From Callorhinchus milii (taxonomy: Eukaryota), in NCBI RefSeq assembly GCF_018977255.1, contig NW_024704742.1:49168001-49232000 (forward strand): DNA of 64,000 nt, read 5' to 3'. A program made the translations under genes and the position numbers. The notes beneath the pieces are model-generated. The model was not told the DNA's origin. It saw only the letters and a program-made list of their open reading frames with translations, and did no database searches. Below, piece after piece: positions 24,076 to 38,824 of the stretch. Positions within the stretch are counted from its first letter, which is position 1; every line of letters begins with the position of its first letter.

Positions 24076-26767
24076 ACTACGGTGTTGCTATAAAATGAAG
24101 TCCTGGGAATAGAACAATTTTATGAACTGGTACATAGAGCCATGCACTCAGAAAGAATTTGTTTGGTCAGCGAAAGTGAATAATATCATCAAAGTTAATT
24201 AAAGAGTTGGAATAGAAGACACAAAATAGACGATCTTAGGTTAATGCTTGTTACATTGTCAAGTCTTCCAATGGATGGGCAAGAATTGTATATCCATCAA
24301 GAAAGAGCAAACCCAACCGGTCGAATTACTTATTTCATTCAAGACGGAATGAGTTGGTCAGAGGAACAATTTATATTGCTTTGTGTTGCACTGCTGTACT
24401 CCAGCAGTTTGAGAAACTATACAACTGAACCAGTAGCCATTGAAAGATTGGGATGTCACTCATTTCTCTTTAAATTTTCTCTCGATATAAAATCATGTCT
24501 TTTTGTTGTTCAATGTTGCCGTTTGCTAATTAAAAATGTCTACTTGGGTAAACACGGCTTTTCTTGCATATTGAATGAATGTTGCGATAAACATTATTGA
24601 ATGCCTCAATTCAAAGCAGTATCCAGACAATCCTTCATACTAAAATCTTAAACTGTTCAGCTTCCTCCAATGGGAGCTATAATTTTTACTTTTTAACCTG
24701 TATTTTACCCTGTAATTGTATTGTACTTTTCACCCTGCCCTGCATCCTCCCCGATCCCAACCCCAGCTTGGGTCCAAAACACTGATTGCCCAGGGCCTTG
24801 GGATATTCTCCCGAAGTGAAAGGCACTATACAAATGTAATTTTGTTGTTGTTGTATGTCAAGGTGTGGAATAACTATTATGTCTGCCTTCCCAGATTTTC
24901 ACAGCGAACTGGCCCTTTAAAAAAGGCCTTTTTTTAAAAAAGAAACTAGAGAAAGTATATTCATTATCTAGATTCTATATAAAACACACCAATCGTTCCT
25001 TTCTTCCACTGTAAAATTGTTTCCCTTGCAGTGGATTGTGGAAATGTTATGAACAATGTCTGTGGTAAAAACAGGGATAGTTTGCATAAGATTTGCTTTC
25101 TGTATGACTGCACATGGCAATGGAAAAATACAGCTAGAGATGATTTAAACTGAAATCTCCACAAGATATGGAAACTAGGTAACAATTCACAATTGGTTTG
25201 GTTTGCAATATCCTACATTCTATTAGCGCCTTCGGATGTCCTCCTGACGTGAAAGACGCTATACAAATGTAATCTTGTTGTTATTGTTGTTGTTGTTCTA
25301 TATTGCCACATGTTCGTGACTGCTGATCTTTCAGGCGACATTTCATGCCACTTATTGAACAATCAGTGGAACAAGCACCTCATTATAACACACAAAATCT
25401 CTCTCTCCTGGGACTTCACTATAATGAGAATTAAGTGTACTCTGTGAACTTTATAGACCTTCAAGAACAATTTTCTGAATAGTATAAATTAAGACACAAT
25501 AGAAGGCATAACATAATGTTAATCTTATGAAATGGCAAGACCAACAAATATTGGTAAAATTGCAAGTATTACTCTCACTCAAACGTTGTCGAAGTCTGAA
25601 ATAATCACCTGGACTACATTACTCTTCATGGCAATTGTTGTATTGTCCCAGTGTGTCACCCTATCCCTATCTCTGTGATCTCCTGGGACTATTCTGTCCC
25701 AGCCTCTCCCTTGAACAATGGAAAACATAGAATGGAACGATGAAGTCTCAATAATCACAAGTAGCATTAAAAGGAGAATCTCTCAGAAATTGTTTGATGA
25801 GTGAAGACTTTCTCACATTTTCAGTATTTATTGTGATCCATTCATTAACCTAGGGAGGACATGGGTCTAATTTTAGTGAGCTACTTGTGCAAAAGTGAGA
25901 TCTAAATTCTGTTGCAGTTATGGGAAAGGGTTTCAGAAATATATTTAATTTCACCATTCACACATATCCGGCAATTAAAATCCTAAGCAAAGGAGAATAT
26001 CTAAGTATTAATACACAATATAGTATCAACACAAAACCAAACAAAATCCATAATTTATCCCACTCTGTGAATGTTTGTGCAATCCAATTGCTGTAAACAA
26101 TTATGCGGGAAAAAGGTTAACTCTATTAACCCAAGTGCTTGCTTTAATATTGTTTCTATTACATCATAGAAACACAGATCTTTTCTGCAGGGAAGAGTGC
26201 CAGTCATTCAGCCCATCATATCTATGTCACATTCCATTTCATACCAACTGATTTACATTGTCTCAATGTGGTTTCAAGTTCTTAGGTGTTGCCCTTCTGT
26301 CTTATTCTGTCTTATTATTGCATAGAATTTACAATCTGAAAACAGGCCATTCAGCCCAACTAATGCATGCTGGTCTTTATACTCCACTTGAACTCTACCC
26401 ATCTTAATTTCCTGTCTGGCCTCCCCCACAACTCTTTATTCCATTCTCTCTATGTATGCTTGTGCAATCCATTTCTTCTGTTTTTGAAAAAAAATGCCAA
26501 CTTTGTAAAACCAATGTTGTTGTGACATCACAGCACCAACGGTCCGTGTTTCTATGATGTGACAGAAACTATAAAGTAAGCACTTACAATACAACACTAA
26601 AGATCTGCAGCTGCACGGTTTCCACACAGAATCACAATTTTGTAATAATAATTCTTGCATAATGTAAGAATTTTGTACTTTTAAATGCTTAGATGACTTG
26701 GGTTTGGGGTGGGGGGAGTGAAAGAGTTTAAAATTAAAAAAAACTTTGAATGCAAAACATGAACATA

Positions 26768-27146
26768 AGATTGTGAGTTCAAGCCCCACATTGAGACTTT
26801 GAACTCGTATACTCGAGGCTGACACTTGATGTGTCACTGTATTGCAGTACTGCATTGTTGGAGGTGCTGACCTTTGGATGAAATGTTAAACTGAGGTCCC
26901 GGAAATGAATGCTGAGGTGGACATTAAAGATTCATGGAACTATTGGAAGAGATGGAAGTTTCTCCTGGTATCTTGGCCAACATTCCCCAGATAAAGTTGA
27001 TCATTCATTTCATGGCTGTATGTGGGACACTGCTGTGCGCACATTGGCTACCACAGGACACTACACACTATCCTATGAAACACTTTCACACATCCTCCTG
27101 ACATGAAAGGCACCATATCAAACGCAAGGATTATTATCATCATTAT
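26768..27146 (+). mobile_element. Deu-domain SINE
   Basis: GGAGGTGCTGACCTTTGGATGAAATGTTAAACTGAGGTCCC...GGTGGACATTAAAGATTCATGGAACTATT. Confidence 0.82.
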
Positions 27147-27769
27147 AAAGCAGGTGGTAGCATGAAGTGCCTTTCTAAATCAGCACCGTAATCAACAATA
27201 ATTTCTCAAACTAATTCATATACTGCATAGTAACCAATATTTTATCCTGAATGACAAAGGCAGTGAAGTAGCAAATCATAAAATTTTCATTTCAGTTTGA
27301 GAAGTTGAAGCTTGATTTCAATTCCATGAAACCTGAGGAATTTTAATCTGCCTAATATTAGCTTTCCTAATCAAAATAAATAGTAACTGTATCATTTTTA
27401 TCCCAACATTAGAATTGTAATTGTTAGTTGAGAAGAAAATGTGGAAAAAGGTCTGAGGTCCAAAATGTGCACCCTGAAACAGTGCATCTCTGTTCAGAAA
27501 TGTTATGAACAGTGTGAGTCTCAATCTTTTCCAGGCAGTCATCTTAGCAGCTTTCCTACCTATTGTTCACAAAGCAGACCCCTAAATAGACCAGCATCAA
27601 ATTTGATAACAGCGGCTGAGATTATTCAATATCTTTTGAAAAGGAATAAGGATAATAATTGTCACTTTTGATATAGCCCTTATGTCGCTGAAATGTCTGA
27701 AAGCACTTCACAGAATGTACTTCATAGTAGATTGACTGTATTTTGTGGGCGAAACGCGGCAGCCAAATT

Positions 27770-28230
27770 GCACATTCATCATGTCCAGGCTAGAATACGC
27801 CAATTCTCTGCTCCCCAGTGTATCCGCCTATCTCCCTCATCCTTGCCTGGCTCCAGTGGTTTCCCATCCCCAGCGGATTGAGTTCAAGATCCTAGTGCGG
27901 GAGGGGTTTAAGACTAGGATCTTTCCCCACTCTACCTCTGTAACCTTCTCAAACCCTACCAACCAACTGCTACCTCCACTCAGTGAGCACTTGTCAGCCT
28001 CACGTTCTCTGTCCCAACCTCGGCAGTCAGGCTTTTAGTGTGTTTGCCTCTATTCTCTGGAACTTTCCTTTCGACTGCCCCTTCTGTCGCCTCCTTCAAG
28101 GTCCGCCTCTTTGACTTCGCTTTGGGCCATCTTCCACCCCCCACTCCCTTGCCCTTGCCCCCACTCCCAGCTCGACTACCAGCGCATTGGCACGGCCTCC
28201 TGACGTAAAGATAAATATGAATTTGTATCG
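27770..28230 (+). mobile_element. L2 3' fragment, fused to an antisense SINE fragment (27652-27770)
   Basis: FIMSRLEYANSLL...QRIEFKILV remnants. Confidence 0.75.
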
Positions 28231-30907
28231 TAATCAACAGCATTATATTTTCAGACAATTTGTGTGTTTCTGTGTATGGGGAAGGTTGAAATACGTACAG
28301 TTGAAGATAAATGACTTGTGATTTACAAAATTATTGACTCCGAGCTGTCAGATGTTCCCAACAAATGATAGACTGCGCAAATCAATAGCAAAACTGTTCA
28401 AGAGGTACCATGTCACGACAGCTCTACAGCACGACGCGGTTCATTAAATCTGATTACAGAAGCAGGAAAGTTACAAACTCCCCATTTACCAATCGCACTC
28501 CAGCTGGCCTCCAGATGAGCAGCTTCAGCTCACAAATGAACCTTATTTTATCATTTGAGCGAATGCATGAACATGTTTGAAAAACAAATGTCGGTATTAC
28601 AAGACAGAAAAGCAAACAAACTAGTGAAGCATTTTTACTCTCAACTTTTTTTCTTAAATGGACTTTTTGGTCAGTCGTGAACTGAGCCAGGTCACACACT
28701 GCTCAGGAGACAGTCAGTGATCAGCAGATTCTTTCCCACCAATCTGCTGGACATGTGTGATCCTGACAAGATTTGCAAGCCGTGAATGGCAGTACCAGAT
28801 GGGAGTTGTTTACATGGCTTGAGCTTTAAAGTTAAAGAACTGCTCTCGGTTTTGCATTACTGCTGGTCTCTTGGACCAAAGATTGCAATTAGACAATCTG
28901 TAGTGTACTTAAAACTACGTTTCTGGTAAGGTATTCATTTCCCCCTCTACATTTTTGGTCTCAGCGACCCAGAATCCACCAATAGTACCATTCATCTTCG
29001 CTTGGCTCCATTGGCTCCCTACCTCCCGGCAGATCAATTTAAAATCCCTGTTCTCACATTTAAATCTCTCTAGAGTCTCGCCCCATTCTACTTCTGTGAT
29101 CTCCTGTGACACTGCTGTCCCAACCGTTCCCTCCACTCAGCCAGCAGAGTGTGTTATTTTTTAATTTTTAAGAAGGTTGATGATTTTCCAGGCCCAGTGC
29201 AATCAAGCACACCCTCCAAGCCCTCCAAATCCTGCCTTCGGAGCCATTCTGACAGTGATCTGACAGCCACCGCTATGGTGCTGGGTGTACCCTCAAAAAG
29301 AGTACAAGCTAAGGATGCCATCACATCTATAGTCATTATCTCAGTTAGCTGTCGTGTACTTTGTTCTATTGTTACTTCCACCGCCTTCTAGGCACACGGA
29401 ACAGCAGCCCAGTCCATAGCTCTGCTGTCAAAGGGTTATCATTGATAGATCTTTCAAATGGGTAGTATTCACCTACAAATACACAGTCACTACATTTCAC
29501 AAGCGCTAGATTAAATGCAAGGATTATTGTTATTCGCTGCCACAAGGGACAAAAGAGTATTATAACAGGAATGACCACATGGTGTTGCCCCACCATAGAG
29601 CCTCTGGGCACTCCAAGTACATTACTACTTTAAGGCGACACAGTGGCTGTTATTTTAGAACAATCCGTGCATAATCCGATTTAACACTTAATACAGGTCA
29701 GGTGCCAGAAGAAAACATGCAATATCTGGTTAATATACTGTGATGAATTTAATTTCACGTATTTATGAAAAAACTGACCACTGTAAATTGAGTTTGTACA
29801 GAGTTGCAAAAAAGTCATTAAAAAAACATTTGTTGAAAATAATGATCAGCAGTTGAAAGATGGATTCCTGCTGTCCTAAATCAATTTTTTTTCCGTGGGG
29901 TGTGGAGGGGAGGGGATCAGCTGGAAACCTAACTTGATAACTTGTCATATGTGGAAACCTAACACTATGCTTAAGAGTCTCCAAGCCAAGCTACCCAGAG
30001 TTTATATACATGTATGGTTTTCATTTGTCTGGTTTGGAGTGAGCACTTTGTCCTCAGAGGGACGTACTCTGCTTACATAATCCTTGGAGAATTCAGATGC
30101 AGGTTGGCAGAGGCCAAGGCTTGGGAAAGGCTTGAGTGTGCTTCGCGGGTACTGTTAAGAGCTTAACTAGCTAGCCATGCACAGGCTACTGTTGCAGAGC
30201 ACTGGTAAGCTTCCCACTGCTTGCCCAGCTAGGAATAACCTTGCCAGGTTATCAGGAGCCAAGTGGAGAGAAGCTCCCAGTGATTGGTTTGCCCATCCAA
30301 ATCCTTCTAACTAACCAGCCTGGCTGATTCACCATCCATCGAGCCCTGGAGTTCTATGGCGATGTCTGGCTTCCATATTGATTTCTAATTTTTAAAAAAT
30401 CGATAATTATTACATTTAATAATTATTACATTATTACATCTAACGCCTTTCGTGTCAGGAGGATGTCCCAAGGCTTTGGACAGTCAAGGGTTTGCACCTG
30501 AGCTGGGGGTTGGAATTAAAAGGTTTGGAGGGCAAGGAGGGTAGTGGTGGGAGGATGATGGGCAAGGCAAACTACCGATACTCAATAAGATTGCAACACA
30601 AAACTCCATTAAAATCTTCATCAGCCTTATTTACCTACAGTAGGAAACTAAAGTTGTTTATCTTTACCTGACCCAATAAGTAATTGGGGAAAAGCAAAAT
30701 GTTTTGCACTTAAAAATCTGCAAAAAGACAGAAAATATTGTGAGATTTTTCTCCTGAATCAAACAAAATACAAGTGTTATGCGGTTAATTCCAACAATTT
30801 ACATTTATACAGTGCCTTTCATGTTAGGAGATGCAGGGGACGGAGGTACAAGGGAACCATATTGTAATTTCAATTTAAGAGAGATTCTATGTTCCAACAT
30901 ATACTTA

Positions 30908-31232
30908 CATATAATAATCATCCTTGCATTTGGTATAGCATCTTATTACGTCATCAAGACGTATCAAAGCGCTTTATACAATAAATATACTGTGTGAAAT
31001 GCAGTGACTATGTATTTTGTAGGCAAGCACAGCAGCCAATTTATACACAGCAATGTCCTCCAAAGAGCCATGAAATGAGTGACAAATTGTTGGTCAGAAT
31101 AGCAGGAGAAACTTCCCACTCTTTTTGAGTAGTGCCATGGGATTTTTAACATCCACCTGAACGGGAAGATGGGATCTCGGTTTAACATCTCATCCAAAGA
31201 ACAGTGTGTCCAAGCAGTGCATTAGAGTTATC
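30908..31232 (-). mobile_element. Deu-domain SINE 3' part
   Basis: AGTGCCATGGGATTTTTAACATCCACCTGAAC plus tail. Confidence 0.8.
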
Positions 31233-32743
31233 TAACAAGTAAATTACTCTTGATTTTACAATGTCTTTCATAATGCTATGTAAAAATACCTTCATATTGC
31301 TACTGTAAATCAAGCGAGAATCTATAGTAATATTGCCCTTTCCATTTCTTACAGAAAGTGCCAGTCATGTGTGCTTTGAAACGCAACTTTCTGCTATACA
31401 TTTAAAAAAATACACTTATTCCCTCCACTAATTTTCTTACTTCTGCATCTGATTACACAAACTCACTTCTTCCTTCCTCTCCCAATGATACTGACTCCCT
31501 TTGGGCGAGTCATCATTCTTCACAAGAGTCCAGAAACAGTGGTATCAAACATGGTCATGTCCCTATGTGGTGTCCGTATATATGAACTTTGCAGCAGGTG
31601 ACTGGTTTGAAAGCAGGGCAAAAACCTTGAATGATACTTTGTCCTCCTCTGAAATCAACTGTAGCACAACTTACTGCTATCATAGCTGGGATCAACCAAA
31701 CGATTCAACCAGCGTTTGGTCTGTATGACTCAATACCACGTTGAATTATAGAAAACAATACGAAATATCATTTTCACAGACGTCAGAAAGCATGTCCATG
31801 CACTAATAAGCGTAACAGAAATTTACTGCTCTGCACAATACATGTGAAACAGTTGAGTGGAAACTGAAAGTGGATCTATTTGGCATAGAGAGAGTTAACA
31901 AGATGGTTCGCTAGGTTATTTGTTTCGCGACATGAGACAAAGACAACCTGACATTGTTCTTTGTTCCATCAAGATTTTCCTGTGAAAGTTAATTTGTTTA
32001 AAAAACATGGAAATACTGGTAGTTATTTCTTGAATGAAATCCAATATTGTCGGCTCAGCTGGAACAATAAAGCTCCCGCAGATTCCAATACAAGACGCAT
32101 TACAAAGCCCAGCATGCACATCCTAAGGGGAATAAAGTTGTAATAAAGCATGTGCAGGGGTAGCTGGGACAGAAACGTGGAAAAGAATTTATATCCTGTC
32201 AGAACAATTTGGGGTGGACAATGATGCAGAAAATGATAGCTCAAGATTAGGGATTCAGCCAGTGGTTATAAGCATATGCATAGTTTGTCATACGTTTGCG
32301 AATTGTTGACATCTGATATGTTTACTGAATGTCTAAATGCATCTAAATGCACAACACAAAATCTTGCAAAAGCTTCAGGGCATTTTTGCTGCCACACTGA
32401 AAGAGTCAGAGTCAAAATGTTAAGAATGCTGCAGAATAGTACAACCTTGTGCTCTTGTATATCCCCTATAATCAGTCACATAATGCAGATCACTGAATCG
32501 AGTAAGTAACATTTTATTTGGTGCCTTTTACTAAGTGACAGAATGCATGACAGCATCTCTCCCTGCTTACAATCTCCGTCATGCCATGGGTGAGGTCCCA
32601 ATACAAGATTGCTTTCAAGGAGAGGTTTTAGTCATTTTGAAAAGAGCTCAGTTGTCACAAAATTGGTTTGTTTGGCTGTGATTTCATAGGGAATATAATT
32701 GACTTTAGATTGTGTGGGACACAATAATCATATGGCATCTTAC

Positions 32744-32854
32744 CTCAATGATGTACAAGACAATGTTCTTGTAAAAGCAGTACAGGATACATTTTGCTAC
32801 TCGGTCATAGTCCCAGGCTCCATGAACCAGCAGCAAGTTCTTCAGATACTTGAA
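32744..32854 (-). CDS. ATP8A1: ATP8A1 coding exon (111 nt), into TM5
   Basis: [38 protein letters not shown]4-ATPase FYKN motif; ttccAG / GTAAGA. Confidence 0.97.
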
Positions 32855-33992
32855 CTGGAAACAACATGCAGAGAGTATGATAATCCACTGCGCAATGATT
32901 ATCTTTACAAATAAAAAATAAGTTGGTTTTCTTTCTGCATTTGATCATAATCTGTGCAATCAAAATATGTTTTATGACAGTTTCATTCTAAGAGTAGAAA
33001 TACCCTATGAAAAGGATGTTGCGCACACATACAAACTGAGCAACAAAAATAATAGACAGTGCAGGTAAAATGGTGTTGGAACTTTGTAATTCTCTACAAT
33101 ATACGCTTTCCAAAGTCAAATCACACCCTCACACATTTTGATTCTCTTGCTAACCAGTCATGACTCTAAACAGTCATCCGGTTTTCTGTCCTATTTTACT
33201 GCTTTAAGATTGTGAACATCAGTCAACCCTCATATGGTGCCTCATCCTTGTTTCAGTAAAGCATTGGTGTAGGTGTTCTACTGGTTACACGTTTCGAGGA
33301 ACATGTAATTTTATTTGAATTTCTCCCTGAAACCACTTTGATGTCACTGAGAGGAAGAACCATGGAGATACAGAGCAGTGCTCTGTGCCAGTATTTATAC
33401 TCCATGCGAGTCCCCCCATAACCTACTCCCTACCCAGCCCCACCTCCCCCGACAACCCTCTATTCTCTTCTCTCACAGGTGTACTTCAATGGGAGCTGAT
33501 GTCGTGTTGTTTCACCCTCAAAATCTCAGTACTGTTGGATATGGCTCCAAACTTACCAGGATCAAAGGTTTTTGAAATCAGATGGCTTTGGAATGGCTTT
33601 TGTGCTTTTTTGAAGTCATTCCCTAACATCACACCCCCCTCCGCCCCCTACACACACGCATCCACCTGGCATTTCCTATCAGTTACATCACTGAAGTGAC
33701 CTAGACAGCTGGCGGAATACTTCAAACAAAAATCACCCAAGACTTCTTCCTCTTTAAACAGAAATAGTAGAATTAGTGCACCTCAAATCAAATATTAGCA
33801 AAAATACTATTATAATAATAATAATTTTTGCATTTGATATATTTCCTTTCTAGTCAGGAGGATATTTCCAAGCACTTCAAAAAATTTATTGTAAAGTGTC
33901 GTGATTGTGTATTTTGTAGAGGGAACAACGGCAGCCAATTTCCACACAGCAACGACCCACAAATAGTCAAGTAAGTACGGTCCTTCAGTTAC

Positions 33993-34176
33993 CTGTGCTA
34001 TGGAATAGTCAGAGGAATTTGCTGCCTGCAGTCCCTCATTTCCACTAATTCCAATGCCAACATGTGCCATCTGGATCATTCCCACATCATTTGCTCCGTC
34101 ACCGATTGCAAGTGTAATAACTTTGATCTGCTTCTTCACCATCTTAACAATTTCTGACTTTTGAAGAGGAGAAGCT
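33993..34176 (-). CDS. ATP8A1: ATP8A1 coding exon (184 nt), GDGAND hinge motif
   Basis: (R)[61 protein letters not shown]; ttcAG / GTAACT. Confidence 0.98.
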
Positions 34177-36080
34177 CTGAATAAAATGAAACAAGACAAC
34201 ACATCAGAGAGAAAACAGTACACGTCTGTAACAGAACAACGACACAACATGCATAAAACAAGCTGCTGTTTCAATTTCAAATATCCATTACTGCAAATCC
34301 CCAAAGTCAGTAAGCATGTTTTTGTGGTTCTTGTGGTTAAACAGATAATATAACTTCCATCGGTGATCAATCAATTTCACCATGAAGAGCAAAAAAAAAG
34401 GCACAATTAGAAAGGTGCATCGGCAATATGTAAATATAGGTCGTAGGTGTACATGTTGTTTTTAAAAAATACATTGAATTGTCTGTGTAAAATATGGTAG
34501 ATAGTGCAGTGGAGGTTAATAGCCATTGCCGCCAATGCTGGAATTCAATGAAACTTTGGTTACTAATAATAATCGTGTTGCAGCTTTACGCTCACTAAAA
34601 ACAAATATGTTTTCTGAGAAACTGACAAAACCTTCAATATCAATTTAAAGCCTGCTAACAATTCAAAGTAATTGCGGATAGTAATAAACAAGAATGAAAA
34701 TGGAGGCCACGAGCATACACATTTGAACCATAATGTTAATGTGATGTCAACACAAGTGTACCGGTGTATAATTACTTATTTTGAGGTAATAAATGTTAGG
34801 AAAGCCTGCAGGCCTGAAGGAAAAGCGCAGCATCAGAGAACAAGCCACAAATATAGCTGATGAATGGTGAAATTTTACAGTTTGCTGTAACCACAGACAC
34901 GTTCCTAAAGGACCCAGGCTAGGAAATAATTGTAAAACTTGAGTTCACCATTTCTAAGTGTCTCAGAAATGTGGAACAAAACTACATTCCTGAATTGAGA
35001 ACCCAACTGGTGAGAAAATGCCTTGCTCATTCCTTGACGAGTTTGTCAATGACCTTTACCTGCTGGCATCATTGAACATCAGGAATGTCTTTTAATGTCA
35101 CAAGTAAACACCTACTTTACTTTGCCATGGTACATGAGGAATGAGTCAATTAAACAGTTAGGTGGGATAAACAGCATGAGCTTGCACAGAGGTAATTTCC
35201 AAGATGACATGAAACAGAGAGAGACGCACACAACAGTCTGTAAGCAGGATGTTTGAAAATTAGTTTTCACATTAAATGCCAATACTGTATATATAACTCA
35301 ACACTATAAAGTACAATGGGGTTGATTTAATATACAATTCCTGGATTAATTAATATGCTCTAGCCTGCCTTATGACCTTGCTATTCAACTGTGCTCTAGT
35401 CACCTTTCTCCTCCCACCCTCCTCAATCCCTCAACTCCGAGAGCTTCCAATTAGCTATGTGAAGCAGTTTGAGATGCTCTCCTGATATGAATGACACCAT
35501 ATGAATGGAAAATTGTTGGTGCTGGTTGTACTGAATCAGCTCAACTGGTTGGTCCTAAAATTTGTAACTTGCACCTGAATGTTATATTTAAAAAAAATTA
35601 AAAATGGGCAAGTCGTTGAAAGCCTGTCATGTTCTACTGTACGACTACAACAATGGCCACGCTGCCTCAAAGTGAAAGATAGTGGGTGAGATATAAAATG
35701 GTTAAAAAAATATGGTGGTGGAAGAAAAATCAGGAATAATGTGATTCTTTAATAAGATATGGACTACTTCAAGAAGGTAAATCGGTAGAATGAGGTTCTT
35801 TTTCCTAATGACGCTTTTGGGAAGAAATTCCACCTGGGTCTCAATCTTTTCATGCAGCATTTCAGAGTGCCCAAATCTGGCAAATTGTTGAATTCAGACT
35901 TAACTTTGAAGTTGGTTAGATATTTAGATATTACTGTAAAATACCAGTTCAATACAGTTGTTTAACATATACCCATTTTGTTTTTGTCTCTCCCAATGTT
36001 AAATAAAGCCTCAACAATGTGCTGCTTGAACATGTCTAGCTTGTTAAGCGCTCGGAGATGCTAGAAGGATGCAAGAAGGG

Positions 36081-36447
36081 TGGAGTCCTGTAGCTCAGTG
36101 GTTAGAGCACTCGCCTCACAATGAGAGGACCTGGGTTTGATTCCCGGCGGAGTGAAATGTTGGGCAAGTTTCCTTACTCCACACGCTTCTGTTTACCTAG
36201 CAGTAGGTAGGTTGTTAGTTGTTTGGCGAATTGTTTTTCTGGGGGTAATATTTCCTTCAAAATAAATGAAACTAATTTGGTCACTCAATACGACTGTTTG
36301 TGGGGAACTGCTGTGCACAATTGGCTGCCGTGTTTTGCCCACAAAATATACAGTCAATTAACTTTACAGTGTATTCTGTGAAGCGCTTTGAGATGTCTTG
36401 AAGATGTGATAAGGTGCTATATCAAATGCAAGGATTATTATTATTAT
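36081..36447 (+). mobile_element. tRNA-headed SINE, long (older) subfamily
   Basis: Same head with CAC anticodon loop; extra block TCTGTTTACCTAGCAGTAGGTAGG; (ATT)n tail. Confidence 0.9.
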
Positions 36448-36577
36448 ATAAATGCAAATTGTTGTTGGTCCCAAATGTCAAAGAGCTATGTAGTCCTTTT
36501 ACTTATTACAAGACCTAGGGTTTCAGCTTGTTCAAAACAGTGTCAGCAAAACATTTTCACATTCTGGTGGATCTTAC

Positions 36578-36750
36578 CGGCAGCAAATGACTGCTTTGCA
36601 AGACAAAGCCAGGTCCAGGAAGTATTGTTGCACTCCAAACGTCAGTGCGTATTTGAGGGTTTTACCATCTATAATCAGTGCAAAATCATTCTCCTTACGT
36701 AAAGCATCTCCCAGGTTGTTGCAGTGAAAGCTAAGTTTTTCCCTTGTCGC
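36578..36750 (-). CDS. ATP8A1: ATP8A1 coding exon (173 nt)
   Basis: [57 protein letters not shown](R); [21 protein letters not shown] fits ATP8A1 rather than ATP8A2; caacAG / GTAAGA. Confidence 0.97.
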
Positions 36751-37065
36751 CTGTTGAAACAAAATATAAGCCCTGAAATTTAGCAAGGTGATAAAATTTC
36801 ACATAAAAAGTTTCACAAAATAGGAAAATAGAACTACTTCAAACCTGGGAAGAAAAACTGTCACTCAAACAAAAATCAAATTATATATTCATACAGTGAC
36901 TGGCTGATCGATGCAGACCATTTTTTAAAAAAATGTATAAAAACAGCTAATATTCATGCAATTTTCTTCCCTCTCTCCGCACAGACATCAAGCATTTGAC
37001 TTTTTTCTTCCTCTGGGTACAATACTTCACTGAGAGCTCTTGAGTATCTTACGTAAGTGATCATT

Positions 37066-37412
37066 ATTATATAATCCTTATATTTGATATTGGGTCTTTC
37101 TTGTTGAGAGGACGTCTCAAATGTTTCACAGGATACTGTAAAGTGAAGTGACTGTGGATACTGTAGGTAAACATTGCAGCCAATTTGTGCACAGCAATGT
37201 CCTTCAAACGGCTATGGAGTGAATGACCAATTTTATTTGGTTGGCCAGGAGGCTGGGAGAAACGTCCTTCTCTTGTTAAATAGTGCCGTGGGATCTTTAA
37301 CGTCCACCTGAACAGGCAGAAGGAACCTCAGTTTAATGTCTAGTTTAATGGCACCTCCAGCAATGCAATACCCTCCCAGTACTGCATTGGAATGTCAACC
37401 TAAACTACATCT
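37066..37412 (-). mobile_element. Deu-domain SINE
   Basis: TAGTGCCGTGGGATCTTTAACGTCCACCTGAACAGGCAGAAGGAACCTCAGTTTAA. Confidence 0.82.
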
Positions 37413-38824
37413 CAGCCTTAACAATGAGTGTTTACAGGCTATTTCATTGTGGGGCATCAAAATTGAGACAGTAATGATACCAATCTGCTTCATTTGTGCG
37501 GAAACAATCTCAACTCTCCAGAAGTTTGAGTACTACAGTATTGCCCTTCTCTCTCCTCGCCCAGTGCTCAACCTGCAACCTCTGGCAAGTCACTGCACAG
37601 TGATCAGCAATAGGAACACCGACTGACTTCAAGTACAGTTCTTCGCTGCTATGATACGTTTGGAACACATAAAAGCATTGAATTTAAAAAGGCAGCAGTT
37701 TTTTGAAAATAGATGATTTTAATACACAAGCATACTTGAGAAAGAAGGGCTCAGGGGGGAGGCGGAGGCTCATGTGATATATAAACACCAGCACAGACTC
37801 ATTGGGCTGAATGGCCTGTTTCCGTCCTGTAAATTCTATATAATCTGATGTAACCCAGAAACACCAAGACCAAATACAGTGCCTTACAGTTGCTCTGGCT
37901 GAGATCATCTTACTTAGAACAGACTAGGAATTGAACTTGCAACTCTGGTCTGTATACCTTTACTCACTGGGCAATTGAGGGAAATTGAAACATAGAAACA
38001 TCTAAATTAAGTCCCCAATGGATAGAGAGGTAGCTTAGCCTCCTGCATAATGCTGTTTGCATCCAGAGCAGAGAATCTTGCAGAGAAACATTTACATTTA
38101 CATGAGGCAAACACCGTACCTGAAATGTCATTGTGCTTCAGTCTTTACTTACATTAGTGATAAAGAAAGTATTTCAATCAAGTTTAATCCAATCTAATGT
38201 GCATTTTTCTTTAAATACAAGTCTAATGTTCCAATTCTGTTTAACTCTAAGACTAGTTTTGAACAGCATTTTGGTAGTAAATTTGTCAAAATCACTGCAA
38301 TTTAAAGCCAAATGTCCAGTACAAACAGGAGCTCAGGCAGCAAGTTTGTTCTGAAGCCCCGAAGCTGCCTGGAGGAGTTGGCTTCAAGAGCAATTGCGAT
38401 TTATAACTTTTTCATTTGATATAGTCTATAATGTCCAAACATCTCAGAGTTTCATAGGCGATTACTGTCATGTGTACTGTCTACTTGTAGATAAACATGA
38501 CAAACAATTTGCACACAGCAATGTCCCACAAACAGTCACAAAGTTATTGAGCAATTTATCTGGAGGAATGTTGATCACGACATCAGAAAAATCTCCATTC
38601 TCTTTTCGAATAGCATACAAGATCTTTACCGCCCACCTGAACAAGTAGAAGGTAACACGTCACCCAAAGGCCATCAATGCAATGCTTCCAGAGTACTGCA
38701 CCAGAGGGTTAGCCTAAGCTATGAACACGAGAAAAACTCTTCCGTCTCCCCTCGCACCGCAACAGCTCACTCCTTATATTTACATTCATACCACTTTAAT
38801 TTTCATCCTTTACTTTAATCCAGT

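Noticed and set aside
33810..34370. 186-aa ORF as a stand-alone ATPase gene
   Set aside because: Only 33993-34176 is ATP8A1-like and bounded by AG/GT; the flanks are intron and SINE read-through (likewise ORFs 15756-16175 and 36574-36786)
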